Source: an uncultured virus (IMG/VR IMGVR_UViG_3300012920_000027) (taxonomy: Duplodnaviria; Heunggongvirae; Uroviricota; Caudoviricetes). Taken from it: DNA of 64,000 bases. Positions 20,190-28,515 of this stretch are shown here, in pieces; position 1 is the stretch's first letter; the number at the start of each line of letters is the position of its first letter. A program made the translations under genes and the position numbers. The DNA lies in the IMG/VR virus record IMGVR_UViG_3300012920_000027. One strand, written 5' to 3'. Below the pieces are notes generated by a model, which worked only from the letters and a program-made list of their open reading frames with translations, did not search any database and was not told the origin of the DNA.

Positions 20190-20641
20190 CCTTCACTTTG
20201 AGAGTCCCAGGTACGCCAGTCTCACAACCACGAGCTCGAGCAGCGTCAATCGGTGGCAAAGCACGAATGTACCAACCAAAGACTGCCGCAGACAACAAAG
20301 CGTTGGTGATGAGCTTGGCACAAGAAGCAATTGCAAAACAAGGAGGCCACGACTTGCCCTACAAAGGGCCAGTCGCAGTTCGCATCATAGCTTGCTTCAA
20401 GTGTCCGAAGTCTCATGAGCGAAAGCGCAAACCGAGAGAGGCCAAGTGGAAAGCAAACGGTTCAGACATCGACAACATCGCTAAACATTACATGGATGCT
20501 TTGTGTGCTTCTGGGATCTTTACCCAGGACGATCGTCAGGTTTCTTCCCTGCAAGTCATGAAGATTCAACTCAAGCAAGGTGAATCACCCTACACGCTAT
20601 TCGAAATCAGCCCTTTGGGGGACGAAAGCAATGAGGTCTGA
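20186..20641 (+). CDS. rusA: RusA-family Holliday junction resolvase
   Basis: PGTPVSQPRAR, DIDNIAKHYMDAL and DDRQV motifs. Confidence 0.9.
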   Translation: MTFTLRVPGTPVSQPRARAASIGGKARMYQPKTAADNKALVMSLAQEAIAKQGGHDLPYKGPVAVRIIACFKCPKSHERKRKPREAKWKANGSDIDNIAKHYMDALCASGIFTQDDRQVSSLQVMKIQLKQGESPYTLFEISPLGDESNEV

Positions 20642-21041
20642 TCACATCGAACAGGTCTTGGCTGTCCTCAAGACGATTTACACGGAACTCCCGCAAGAGG
20701 ATAGGGTGAGACGCGCCCTGGCGAATCTTGAGTTGGCCAAAGGTAGGCCAAAGAAGAGGAATACGGAACCGAGAGAAAGGTGGATTGAACAGGCACGAGC
20801 ATTCGCAAGGGACTACATCAGGACAAACGGGGTCGTGAACATTCACATCATCCGTGAACACCTTCCTCTACCCCCTGGCGTTGATGAGAGAGCTACGGGT
20901 GGCGTCCTGAAGCATCCTGATTTCGTGAAAGTACGCGACAAGCCTGTGAAGAAAAACGGCGGACGAATCAAAACGATCGGTGAGTACACGCTTGCCGATG
21001 AAGAGGAAGATGACGACTACGGATTTGTCCGTTTCGATTGA
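20631..21041 (+). CDS. Hypothetical protein, possibly winged-helix
   Basis: Start MRSDHIE at 20631, in operon. Confidence 0.65.
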   Translation: MRSDHIEQVLAVLKTIYTELPQEDRVRRALANLELAKGRPKKRNTEPRERWIEQARAFARDYIRTNGVVNIHIIREHLPLPPGVDERATGGVLKHPDFVKVRDKPVKKNGGRIKTIGEYTLADEEEDDDYGFVRFD

Positions 21042-21079
21042 GCGCAACGCTCAATTCACAAGACCTCTTGCGTTGAACC

Positions 21080-21601
21080 ATGTCGGAGTTCTTGTACCAG
21101 CCAGGCTCCATCCTCCGAAGGAAGCTTTCATTGGGCGGGAAGATGGAGAAGGGGCAATTCTGGCATTATGGGGTCGCCAGTCAGTACATCGACGGAAACG
21201 GGGAGCAAATGATCTTTCAATTCGGCGGTCCTTTTCCTGGGAACAAACCCTACTCGAACAAGGTATCGACTGTCTTGAACAAGTTGTGGCCGACTCAAAA
21301 CGGTTACACGGGAACCCACATCGGGCTCACCCCCTTTTCCTACTTTGCTGAAAGAAAGCCTGTGGAAGTTGAAGCCATTCCAAACGATCCAGTTCCTGTC
21401 CTCAACAGGGCTGAACAGCTGATGAATCACGGTGGCTACAACCCTGCTGTGAACAACTGCGAACACTACGCCAGGTACTGTTTGACTGGCTCTTGGCGAA
21501 GTCTCCAAGCTCGAGGAACGGCCATTCGAGGAGGAGCCATCGTCTCTTTGTTCCTCGCTGCAGGCCTTGTTGCTACGCTACGAAGGGTTCGCCAGGGTTA
21601 G
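21080..21601 (+). CDS. LRAT-like (NlpC/P60 superfamily) acyltransferase or phospholipase
   Basis: WHYGV and YNPAVNNCEHYARYC motifs; C-terminal TM helix. Confidence 0.85.
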   Translation: MSEFLYQPGSILRRKLSLGGKMEKGQFWHYGVASQYIDGNGEQMIFQFGGPFPGNKPYSNKVSTVLNKLWPTQNGYTGTHIGLTPFSYFAERKPVEVEAIPNDPVPVLNRAEQLMNHGGYNPAVNNCEHYARYCLTGSWRSLQARGTAIRGGAIVSLFLAAGLVATLRRVRQG

Positions 21602-21612
21602 GCGTAGCGAAG

Positions 21613-21620
21613 TTCATAAA
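21613..21620 (+). promoter_or_regulatory. Putative archaeal TATA box
   Basis: TTCATAAA 30 nt upstream of ATG 21643. Confidence 0.5.
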
Positions 21621-21642
21621 CCGTAAGCACTCCCGGGATTCT

Positions 21643-22170
21643 ATGCCCCGCAGAATCAGCACACAAATGAAGTTCAACGGCCAAGCCGACATGAACATTG
21701 AGATGAACTCAGACGAAGTAGCAGCATGGAACCGCCTCACCAATCAGGGCAGGCAGAACCTTGTTCAGAACATGTTCAACCACTTGTTGACGAGCAACCG
21801 ACCAGGAATGCTCACCGACACTCTTCTTTCTCAAGCCCAGCCAGTCGGACCGGATCAAATGAGCCAGGACGCTGCTGAGGAGGCGAAGGTCAGTTACACT
21901 CAGGCCTGCCGCCGAATCCTGAGGATGCTGAATCAAGCAGGAGACGAGGGATTCACGGACGAAGAAGGTCAAGAACTCCTTCACATGTCGGGCAACTCCT
22001 ACCGCCCTGCTCGAGTCGCATTGGTGAAGTTGGGCTTCGCAGGCAAGTCTGGCAAGTCCCGCAAGACTCGAAGCGGCCGCAAAGCCAACATCTGGGTTGC
22101 GTTGATGACGCCCGAGCAAGCAGAACTCGAGTGGACTGTTGAAACCACAGACGAGGAGGAATCTCAGTGA
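21643..22170 (+). CDS. Winged-HTH DNA-binding protein
   Basis: GFTDEE...SYRPARVALVKLG...RKTRSGRKANIW; start MPRRIS. Confidence 0.7.
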   Translation: MPRRISTQMKFNGQADMNIEMNSDEVAAWNRLTNQGRQNLVQNMFNHLLTSNRPGMLTDTLLSQAQPVGPDQMSQDAAEEAKVSYTQACRRILRMLNQAGDEGFTDEEGQELLHMSGNSYRPARVALVKLGFAGKSGKSRKTRSGRKANIWVALMTPEQAELEWTVETTDEEESQ

Positions 22171-22685
22171 ACCGACCACGAGCCGCTCTCCCTAAGAGGT
22201 ACTTGACCTCGGAAAACATCCATCCCCTTGCTCTGCCACCTCATCCCTTCGGTCCAGCAGGCGTCGCTGCCGTCTTGGAGTCCTATCGCGTGTCGGAAAA
22301 ATTGAGGGAACTTGGCGAGGCTATTTCGGACGATTATCCCCGCACCCTTGATGAAATCGATGATTGGGAATGTGAGCTTGCTGAGATCATGCTTGAAGAG
22401 GCCTACGCCGTTCTCGGCGGTAAAGGGAAGTTTAGCATCGCTCCAAGGGCTGCTGGTGCGTACATGGTCAAGCAAGAGGAACAGCACGGCAAGTATCGCA
22501 AGACAATCAATGAAGTGGATCCAAAAGCCTACACTTTGCTCGAACGGGTTCTTGAGGGGCTTTTGATTGAAGACACCGTGCATGAACGCTTCCCGGATTG
22601 GCGCCCTTACCACTACGATGGTCCTGATGATTGGGAAGCGACTCTCTCGGGTTGGTTCTACCACACCTGGAGGCCTGCCGAATGA
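22167..22685 (+). CDS. Hypothetical protein
   Basis: GTGA overlap, GAGGAGG RBS. Confidence 0.7.
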   Translation: MNRPRAALPKRYLTSENIHPLALPPHPFGPAGVAAVLESYRVSEKLRELGEAISDDYPRTLDEIDDWECELAEIMLEEAYAVLGGKGKFSIAPRAAGAYMVKQEEQHGKYRKTINEVDPKAYTLLERVLEGLLIEDTVHERFPDWRPYHYDGPDDWEATLSGWFYHTWRPAE

Positions 22686-22804
22686 TTGGGTACATTCTTG
22701 GCTTCGTCGCTGGTGTGATCGCCGTGCGGTTGTGGACGATTTACCGGCTGAACTCCTACAATCCATATGAGGAGGGCATCGAATGATTTACGAATTCGGT
22801 GTAG
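22682..22804 (+). CDS. 40-aa single-TM peptide
   Basis: MIGYILGFVAGVIAVRLW..., ATGA overlap, GGAGG RBS; below the ORF-track cutoff. Confidence 0.55.
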
Positions 22805-22874
22805 CCTTCCTGTTTGCAATCGGCGTCTTTTGTGCTTACGAGTTGCTCGCCCACCTCTTTACGGAGGAGAGTGA

Positions 22875-23543
22875 ATGATTGACGGTTTGCTTTGTGGCGA
22901 GTTCCTTCCGACGAGTGAGGCTGAATTGCAAGTAGGTCAGACGGTGTTTGACGCAAGGACGAACACCGACATGACGATCACCGAAATCAACCGTACTACC
23001 ATCATGGGTCAAGCGAAAGAGCATGCCAATCATGTACTGAGGCCGCTCACGATGTTGAAGAAGTCAAACCTGCATTGGGTCGGGACACATTGGATTCACT
23101 TGCCCCGACCATGGCTTTTGACCGTCGAAGACTGGGACGGGAAGACATTCATTGCGCAATTCCACGACAGCCAAGCAGAGCTGATGGTCGAGGCTTCTAG
23201 TGAGAAGGAAGCAGTCTTGAAGTTTCCCAAGAACGGTACCGTGACGCTCTTTCGTCTCCGTAGAATGTTGATTCGCCTTGATGCCGTGGCACTTGTTTCA
23301 GGCCTGAAGTCTGACTTGGGCGAGAACGGACCGTTCGGCTCAACCCTTGATCTTCTCATGTCTCAGCCTACCCTGAAGGAGACTTTTTCCCCGAAGATCA
23401 AGAACACGCTCATCGACGAGCTTGAGAAGGCGTGGGACAGGGCAGCACCCGAGGGTGTTTGGTGGGCTGTTGGTGGTCAAGGCGAGACTTGGTGTTGTGA
23501 CTGCACCCTTCCTGCACTTCGGTGCTCCTGCGGAGGCGTTTGA
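22875..23543 (+). CDS. Hypothetical protein with C-terminal Cys cluster
   Basis: 222 aa, ends CCDC...CSC. Confidence 0.7.
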   Translation: MIDGLLCGEFLPTSEAELQVGQTVFDARTNTDMTITEINRTTIMGQAKEHANHVLRPLTMLKKSNLHWVGTHWIHLPRPWLLTVEDWDGKTFIAQFHDSQAELMVEASSEKEAVLKFPKNGTVTLFRLRRMLIRLDAVALVSGLKSDLGENGPFGSTLDLLMSQPTLKETFSPKIKNTLIDELEKAWDRAAPEGVWWAVGGQGETWCCDCTLPALRCSCGGV

Positions 23544-23550
23544 TTTGCTG

Positions 23551-23706
23551 ATGCGTCTTGAGGTTCGGTGCTTATGTGGATCATGGGGTCGTTTGACCTG
23601 GACTGGTAAAATCGCTGACGATGGCCGTCAGATCTGCAAATTTGCCTGTTCCTGCGACGACCCTATGCCTGACTTCGATGACCCGTATCGAGACTGGTAC
23701 GCCTAA
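23551..23706 (+). CDS. Small Cys-rich (Zn-binding) protein
   Basis: MRLEVRCLCG...CKFACSC, GGAGG upstream. Confidence 0.5.
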   Translation: MRLEVRCLCGSWGRLTWTGKIADDGRQICKFACSCDDPMPDFDDPYRDWYA

Positions 23707-23744
23707 TCGGTAGGATTAACGCATTTGGCTTCTGTGCTCGTAGC

Positions 23745-24176
23745 ATGGGGAAGTTCATGATTTGGACAGATGGCTCGAGCTACGGGAACCCTGGCCCCTC
23801 TGGCTACGGGTTCAAAATGGACTTCGACGGTAGGACGATTCGTTTGGGTTACGGGCCACTGGGCACCATGACCAACAATGAAGCAGAGTATCTTGCCGTC
23901 AAGAAGGCTCTGGAAGAAGCCACAGTGGTTAGCGACGATCCAAGTGGCGACAAAATCATTCTCAACACCGACAGTCAGTTGCTCGTCCGACACGCGCAGG
24001 GCAAGTACAAGGTACGGAAGACTCCACTTGTCAAAATCATGGAAGACATCAAGCTTCTGCAAAAGGAGTTCCATGAAGTGATCATACGCCACATTGGACG
24101 GAAGAACAACGATGTCGCTGACTTCTTGGCCAACCAAGGTTCTACTCTTTCTCGTGAGCAGGTTTCAAACGACTGA
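23745..24176 (+). CDS. rnhA: Ribonuclease HI
   Basis: TDGSSYGNPG, TNNEAEY, TDSQL and NDVADFLAN acidic catalytic motifs; ATTAAC 30 nt upstream. Confidence 0.92.
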   Translation: MGKFMIWTDGSSYGNPGPSGYGFKMDFDGRTIRLGYGPLGTMTNNEAEYLAVKKALEEATVVSDDPSGDKIILNTDSQLLVRHAQGKYKVRKTPLVKIMEDIKLLQKEFHEVIIRHIGRKNNDVADFLANQGSTLSREQVSND

Positions 24177-24192
24177 ACACGCTCCGAATCTC

Positions 24193-24915
24193 ATGGACGA
24201 TTGGGCAAAACGCTTCATGCCAAACCCTGCGACGGAGGCAAAAGAAGAGGTGCCCTACGAGGACCCTGCGCCTCAGCCACCCATTCCTGCACCTGAACCG
24301 ACACCGACTCCGGTTGAGGAGACTCTGTCTTCCGCCATGCCACACATTCAAGAAATCGTAAGGCAGCAGGCTGTCCTCATGTCTGCCCTGGACATCATTC
24401 GAAACGATCTCAAGCTCAACGACAACAACCACAATCAAACACTTCTGGCTTTGACCGAGGTGATCGCCCAGCTCAATTCAAGGGTTGATGCCCTCCAGGG
24501 AGCCATGATTCGCAAGTTGGGTCAGTTGGAGTTTGCTCTGCAGCAACCTCCACCCGAACCCATGACGAACATCATGGAGGTTGCTCCTGAGCTTGTCGAC
24601 GAAATCCGAACGGAATTGTCCAATGTAGAGAATGCAGAGCCCGACATACCGCCGATTAGGGATGTGAACCCACACGGCTACCATGTAAAGAAACATCCCG
24701 AGGATGTGCTTGGAGGTGTTAAGAGGAGCGAGGAAGATGAAGGACCGACAATCCATGACCTCGTACAAGGCGTGCCTGCTGAAATCCTCGAATCGTATCA
24801 TGCATGGAAGCATGGTGGAGCCTCCAACGGATGGCATGACTTCATGCGTGTCTGCAAGGGACCCAAAGAAGCCAAACGCTTCAAGGAACTCATTGAGGAA
24901 CAGCTTGGCTTGTAG
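24193..24915 (+). CDS. Hypothetical protein with central coiled coil
   Basis: Start MDDWAKR. Confidence 0.7.
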   Translation: MDDWAKRFMPNPATEAKEEVPYEDPAPQPPIPAPEPTPTPVEETLSSAMPHIQEIVRQQAVLMSALDIIRNDLKLNDNNHNQTLLALTEVIAQLNSRVDALQGAMIRKLGQLEFALQQPPPEPMTNIMEVAPELVDEIRTELSNVENAEPDIPPIRDVNPHGYHVKKHPEDVLGGVKRSEEDEGPTIHDLVQGVPAEILESYHAWKHGGASNGWHDFMRVCKGPKEAKRFKELIEEQLGL

Positions 24916-24920
24916 CCACC

Positions 24921-24929
24921 GTTAAACGG
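24921..24929 (+). promoter_or_regulatory. Putative TATA-like box GTTAAACGG
   Basis: 30 nt upstream of ATG 24951; the same 9-mer lies 29 nt upstream of the convergent gene at 27696. Confidence 0.55.
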
Positions 24930-24950
24930 TTGGCCGCCATAGCCCGCACC

Positions 24951-27476
24951 ATGGCGGAAGACCTCGTCCAGTACCACCTGGACACGCTAAGGGAGGCTAG
25001 GGATTCGTCTGCTCACTCCCTCGTCAATGACCGCCAATTGCTGATCGTCGCAGAGATGCTTGGTAGCATCGACCCAACGACTGGCCAACCTCGAGGCAAG
25101 CGCTACCTTCCCAAAGAACTCACATCAAAGCAAGCTAAGGACATCCTTGATGGGATCCAAAAGAACACCAAGGCAGATGCGATTAGCCCAGGAGAGGCGG
25201 TGGGAGTCATCGCTGGTCAATCAATTGGCGAGCCCTTCACACAGGCCATCATGCGAACTTTCCACTATGCCGGTGTCGCATCCACCATATCGCCCGAACA
25301 AAGCCTCACAGATGCTGTTGGACACCACGAAAACCACAACCACTCCATTTGCCTTGCTTTGAGGGGCGATCATGGCATGGACTTCCGTATGGCCCAGAGA
25401 GTCAACAACAAGCTTCAACGCTTCATGCTTGGCAAGTTTGTCGAAGTCACCATCGAACATGCAAATTCGGACAAAGTGGCTCGCTTGGCTGCCCTCGAGA
25501 ATTTGATTCATGAATTTGAAGGGGACCGTTACCAAACCTCTGAGCGGTACAGCGAGATGCTCGAGGAAATGGTCACTGTCTACGGTGATCCCACCCTTGA
25601 GTTTGGGGCATTGCTTGACGAAGCGCAGGTTCTTCGTCAAGAACTCAGGGATGAAGCGTCTGTGTTGAGTGATTCTCGAACCCTTCGCTTTTCATTCAAA
25701 TCGGATGAGATGGCGGTTGATTTGAACACCAATAGGTTGCGTGAACTTGAGCACGGTTGGACTGAGGAAGAGTTCGGTTCAATCGCGTCATGGTCCGAAG
25801 GTATGCCCATGCCAAAGCTCAAGCCAGAGATGGACATGTCCAATTTGCGTTCAATCCTCACAAGGATCATGATGACGACCAGAGGGAAGTACAAGAGCGT
25901 CACAGGTATGCCTGGATTTTACGAATCTGTTCGTTTCTTTGATGCAGATAACGGAGATCTGCTCGTGCGCTATCCACAAATCACCTACACACATCTCGTC
26001 GACCTCGCAGAACTTCTGCCTACGCTGCAGATTTGTGCCGGTTGTTACAGCGCATTGAAGGCATTCAAGCTTGAGCCGAATCGAGACATTGGCGGGAAAG
26101 TTGGGAAGGTCACAGGCGATCTCACACAAGATTTGGATTTCGACATCACGAAGGTCGAGAAATACTTGCGAGAGATTCTCGACGACCCGACATCGAAGAC
26201 AGACATCAAGCAGAACCCTCCCGCAGAAAACCCGACTATCTACAAGAAGCGATTCACACTCCAAGAGGTGAGCTACGATCGGTGCTGCCAAGAATGCGGA
26301 GGCGGTTGGTGGAACATAAGCACGGCTTTGCTTCAAGTCGGTGGTTCCGACTACACCGAAGATTGGGCCACGGCAATCAAGACGCCTGAACAGCACGACT
26401 ACGCCATCATGACGGACACTCATTTGCAGTTCATGGGCGACGACCCCACGAACCCAGAGTCGTGGGACGCTTCAGAGCGAATGGCTCAAATCATGGTTCA
26501 ATGGCCCTACAGTCGCCCGGGCGCTGTTTCGGACATGCCGATGGTGTACAATCACTCCGGTTTGATTCCATTGACGCCTGATCGTGGGGAATACTTCATC
26601 ATCGCACGCTATGACAAACCTGAACTTCTCAAAGAGACGAAGTGGAGCCAGTCAAAGAGGTCCAACAAACCCCCTGGACACTTCGCAAACGCCAAGACGA
26701 TGCCGGAGGTGGATTTCTACCGTAGTTCAACAAATGATGTTCACCAGACTCATGCGAACCTCGGAATAGAGGCTGCTCGGACCGTGCTCCTTCAGAATCT
26801 CTACGCAACCCTGTCCGGTGGGAAGAGGCTTGCAGGTTCTGACTCGCACATTGACCTTGCTCACTATGCCCTTCTCGCTGATACGATGACGCACGGACCG
26901 TCAATCATTGGAGCTCCAACTGGAACCGCCAGTCGCAAAGGTGCCGCAGCCACCAAGGGCGGAGGAAATGCAGTTCTCGCGGTGGCTTACGAGCAGGAAG
27001 TCAAGGTCATTTTCGATGCCGCCGCAAGAAACATTCGTGACCCTCTTGAGTCGCCCAAAAGCGCTCAAATCGCTGGTGTACCACCACGGATGGGCTCTGG
27101 CATGATAACGGAAACGGGCCGTTTCTCTGAAACCATGAGTTTGGACTTGGAGAACGCTAAGAGGGTCGTGCGAATGATGGCTGATGAATTGCAACACATC
27201 TCCGTGAACCTGGGTTATGCGTACTTCACTACGGAGGATCAACTGGGCGTGCTTCAGTTGGACCTACCCGATCAAGGAATACCGATGCCTGAGGTCACCC
27301 GTAGGCAACTTCAGAGCAGGAAGGACGAACTCATGCAAGATCCAATGTTCAACGATGCGCTTGAGGCGTACCAAGGAGCTCTTGCTGACCTTCAGGACAT
27401 TTTGATGGAAACCTTCGATGAGAAGGGGAGACCCTCCAAGGGATCAACTCACTTCAAAGCAAGCCGCGCTTTGTGA
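24951..27476 (+). CDS. rpoA2: Divergent archaeal DNA-directed RNA polymerase subunit A'' (Rpo1C/RpoA2) with large insertions
   Basis: PGEAVGVIAGQSIGEPFTQAIMRTFHYAGVA trigger loop; TNDV...LGIEAAR; HYALLADTMT; AYEQEVKVIFDAA...DPL...IAGVPPRMGSG. Confidence 0.9.
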   Translation: MAEDLVQYHLDTLREARDSSAHSLVNDRQLLIVAEMLGSIDPTTGQPRGKRYLPKELTSKQAKDILDGIQKNTKADAISPGEAVGVIAGQSIGEPFTQAIMRTFHYAGVASTISPEQSLTDAVGHHENHNHSICLALRGDHGMDFRMAQRVNNKLQRFMLGKFVEVTIEHANSDKVARLAALENLIHEFEGDRYQTSERYSEMLEEMVTVYGDPTLEFGALLDEAQVLRQELRDEASVLSDSRTLRFSFKSDEMAVDLNTNRLRELEHGWTEEEFGSIASWSEGMPMPKLKPEMDMSNLRSILTRIMMTTRGKYKSVTGMPGFYESVRFFDADNGDLLVRYPQITYTHLVDLAELLPTLQICAGCYSALKAFKLEPNRDIGGKVGKVTGDLTQDLDFDITKVEKYLREILDDPTSKTDIKQNPPAENPTIYKKRFTLQEVSYDRCCQECGGGWWNISTALLQVGGSDYTEDWATAIKTPEQHDYAIMTDTHLQFMGDDPTNPESWDASERMAQIMVQWPYSRPGAVSDMPMVYNHSGLIPLTPDRGEYFIIARYDKPELLKETKWSQSKRSNKPPGHFANAKTMPEVDFYRSSTNDVHQTHANLGIEAARTVLLQNLYATLSGGKRLAGSDSHIDLAHYALLADTMTHGPSIIGAPTGTASRKGAAATKGGGNAVLAVAYEQEVKVIFDAAARNIRDPLESPKSAQIAGVPPRMGSGMITETGRFSETMSLDLENAKRVVRMMADELQHISVNLGYAYFTTEDQLGVLQLDLPDQGIPMPEVTRRQLQSRKDELMQDPMFNDALEAYQGALADLQDILMETFDEKGRPSKGSTHFKASRAL

Positions 27477-27696
27477 GCTTCTTGACTGAATGTGCGGCTT
27501 TGGCCTTTGCCTTGGATTTCTTAGGAAGAGCCTTCTTCTCCGCATTCTTGCGAGGTTTTTCCACGGTCTTCGGACCTTCCTCTCCCTCGACATTTCGTGG
27601 GACTTCGTACTCTCCAGCCTTGAATTTAGCCCAGAGTTCTGAGATTTCGGATTGTGCCCTGCCAGCGTGGGCTTTACGGAATGCATTCCAGCGCAT
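27454..27696 (-). CDS. Small Lys-rich basic protein, probably nucleic-acid binding
   Basis: 80 aa with a Lys-rich tail and its own GTTAAACGG box. Confidence 0.65.
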   Translation of the reverse strand: MRWNAFRKAHAGRAQSEISELWAKFKAGEYEVPRNVEGEEGPKTVEKPRKNAEKKALPKKSKAKAKAAHSVKKLTKRGLL

Positions 27697-27716
27697 GTAC
27701 CGTACACAGGGTTCAG

Positions 27717-27725
27717 CCGTTTAAC
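27717..27725 (-). promoter_or_regulatory. Putative TATA-like box GTTAAACGG
   Basis: 29 nt upstream of ATG 27696; matches 24921-24929. Confidence 0.55.
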
Positions 27726-27939
27726 CGCATTGCAAGATGGAGGTGGCAAAAATGGGGACGCGCCCTGGCGGGCGCTGCAAGTTGGTTTTGGCCGCAAAGC
27801 GGCCCCCCGAGGCAGGTTGCTTCGGGGGGTGAGCGGTCTTTTCATCTGTCTTGATTGCGCAGTCACGGCACCGATCTCCATTCTTCGAGAAATGGAGCAT
27901 TTTGTTCCGTCCGCAGATCACACAAGTACCTCTTGGCAT
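27721..27939 (-). CDS. Small Zn-finger protein (array)
   Basis: Motif-linked ATG; CVIC...CRDC; the 3' part overlaps the hairpins. Confidence 0.6.
   Translation of the reverse strand: MPRGTCVICGRNKMLHFSKNGDRCRDCAIKTDEKTAHPPKQPASGGRFAAKTNLQRPPGRVPIFATSILQCG
27748..27830 (-). ncRNA. Three-hairpin element at the distal end of the array (small RNA or terminator)
   Basis: Follows an ATG-less ACCGCTC; stems CCCCCCGA/TCGGGGGG, GGCCGC/GCGGCC and GCGCCC/GGGCGC, then TTTTT. Confidence 0.5.
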
Positions 27940-27945
27940 GAGCGG

Positions 27946-28089
27946 TCATTCGTCTTCATCACCATCAAGCTCGCGTAGGTACGCGCCTATGTTGCTGATG
28001 TTGGTGATGAGTTGCCAATCCTCAGCTCCACGGCTGATGATTTTTGCATGTTCGATGAGTTCTTCGACTACTTGTTTTCGAGTCTTCAT
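27946..28089 (-). CDS. Hypothetical 47-aa protein (array)
   Basis: Motif ATG to motif TGA, in frame; MKTRKQVVEELIEH... Confidence 0.7.
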   Translation of the reverse strand: MKTRKQVVEELIEHAKIISRGAEDWQLITNISNIGAYLRELDGDEDE

Positions 28090-28096
28090 GAGCGGT

Positions 28097-28387
28097 TCAT
28101 TCAACGATGCGGTAGGTCATTTTCAATCGACCTTCCCATGTTGTGATGGTGAATTCGTTCCCATTGAAAGAGAGTTCCTTTGCTTTCGGTATGTCCAACC
28201 AAGACACTGTGCCGTCCTCTGGACTTTGGAGAGCCCAAGATTTCGTCTGCACCTTCACAATTGTTCTCACACCTGAAGGGTGAGGCGGGCAACTCACTTC
28301 AACGCCGTTATCGATGTTGATGTGTTTTGTCTTTTCGATTTGCGTACCTACTTGGATTGTTCGTTTCAAATCTGCAAGTGTTTTCAT
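28097..28387 (-). CDS. Hypothetical protein (array)
   Basis: Motif-linked ATG. Confidence 0.75.
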   Translation of the reverse strand: MKTLADLKRTIQVGTQIEKTKHINIDNGVEVSCPPHPSGVRTIVKVQTKSWALQSPEDGTVSWLDIPKAKELSFNGNEFTITTWEGRLKMTYRIVE

Positions 28388-28508
28388 GAGCGGATTCGTC
28401 CTCCTTGCAGGCTCCTTTCCAGCCACAGCAAGAACAACAGACACACATTGACTCTCCGCCAGGAGAGCTCTCTGCACCACAGGTGCAAGGGAAGGTCTTC
28501 TTCTTCAT
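28308..28508 (-). CDS. Cys-rich hypothetical protein (array)
   Basis: Motif-linked ATG; reads through the next motif. Confidence 0.55.
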   Translation of the reverse strand: MKKKTFPCTCGAESSPGGESMCVCCSCCGWKGACKEDESAHENTCRFETNNPSRYANRKDKTHQHR

Positions 28509-28515
28509 GAGCGGT

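Noticed and set aside
24951..27476. Host chromosomal rpo operon
   Set aside because: No flanking rpoH, rpoB, rpoA1, nusA or ribosomal protein genes; the sequence is divergent and expanded.
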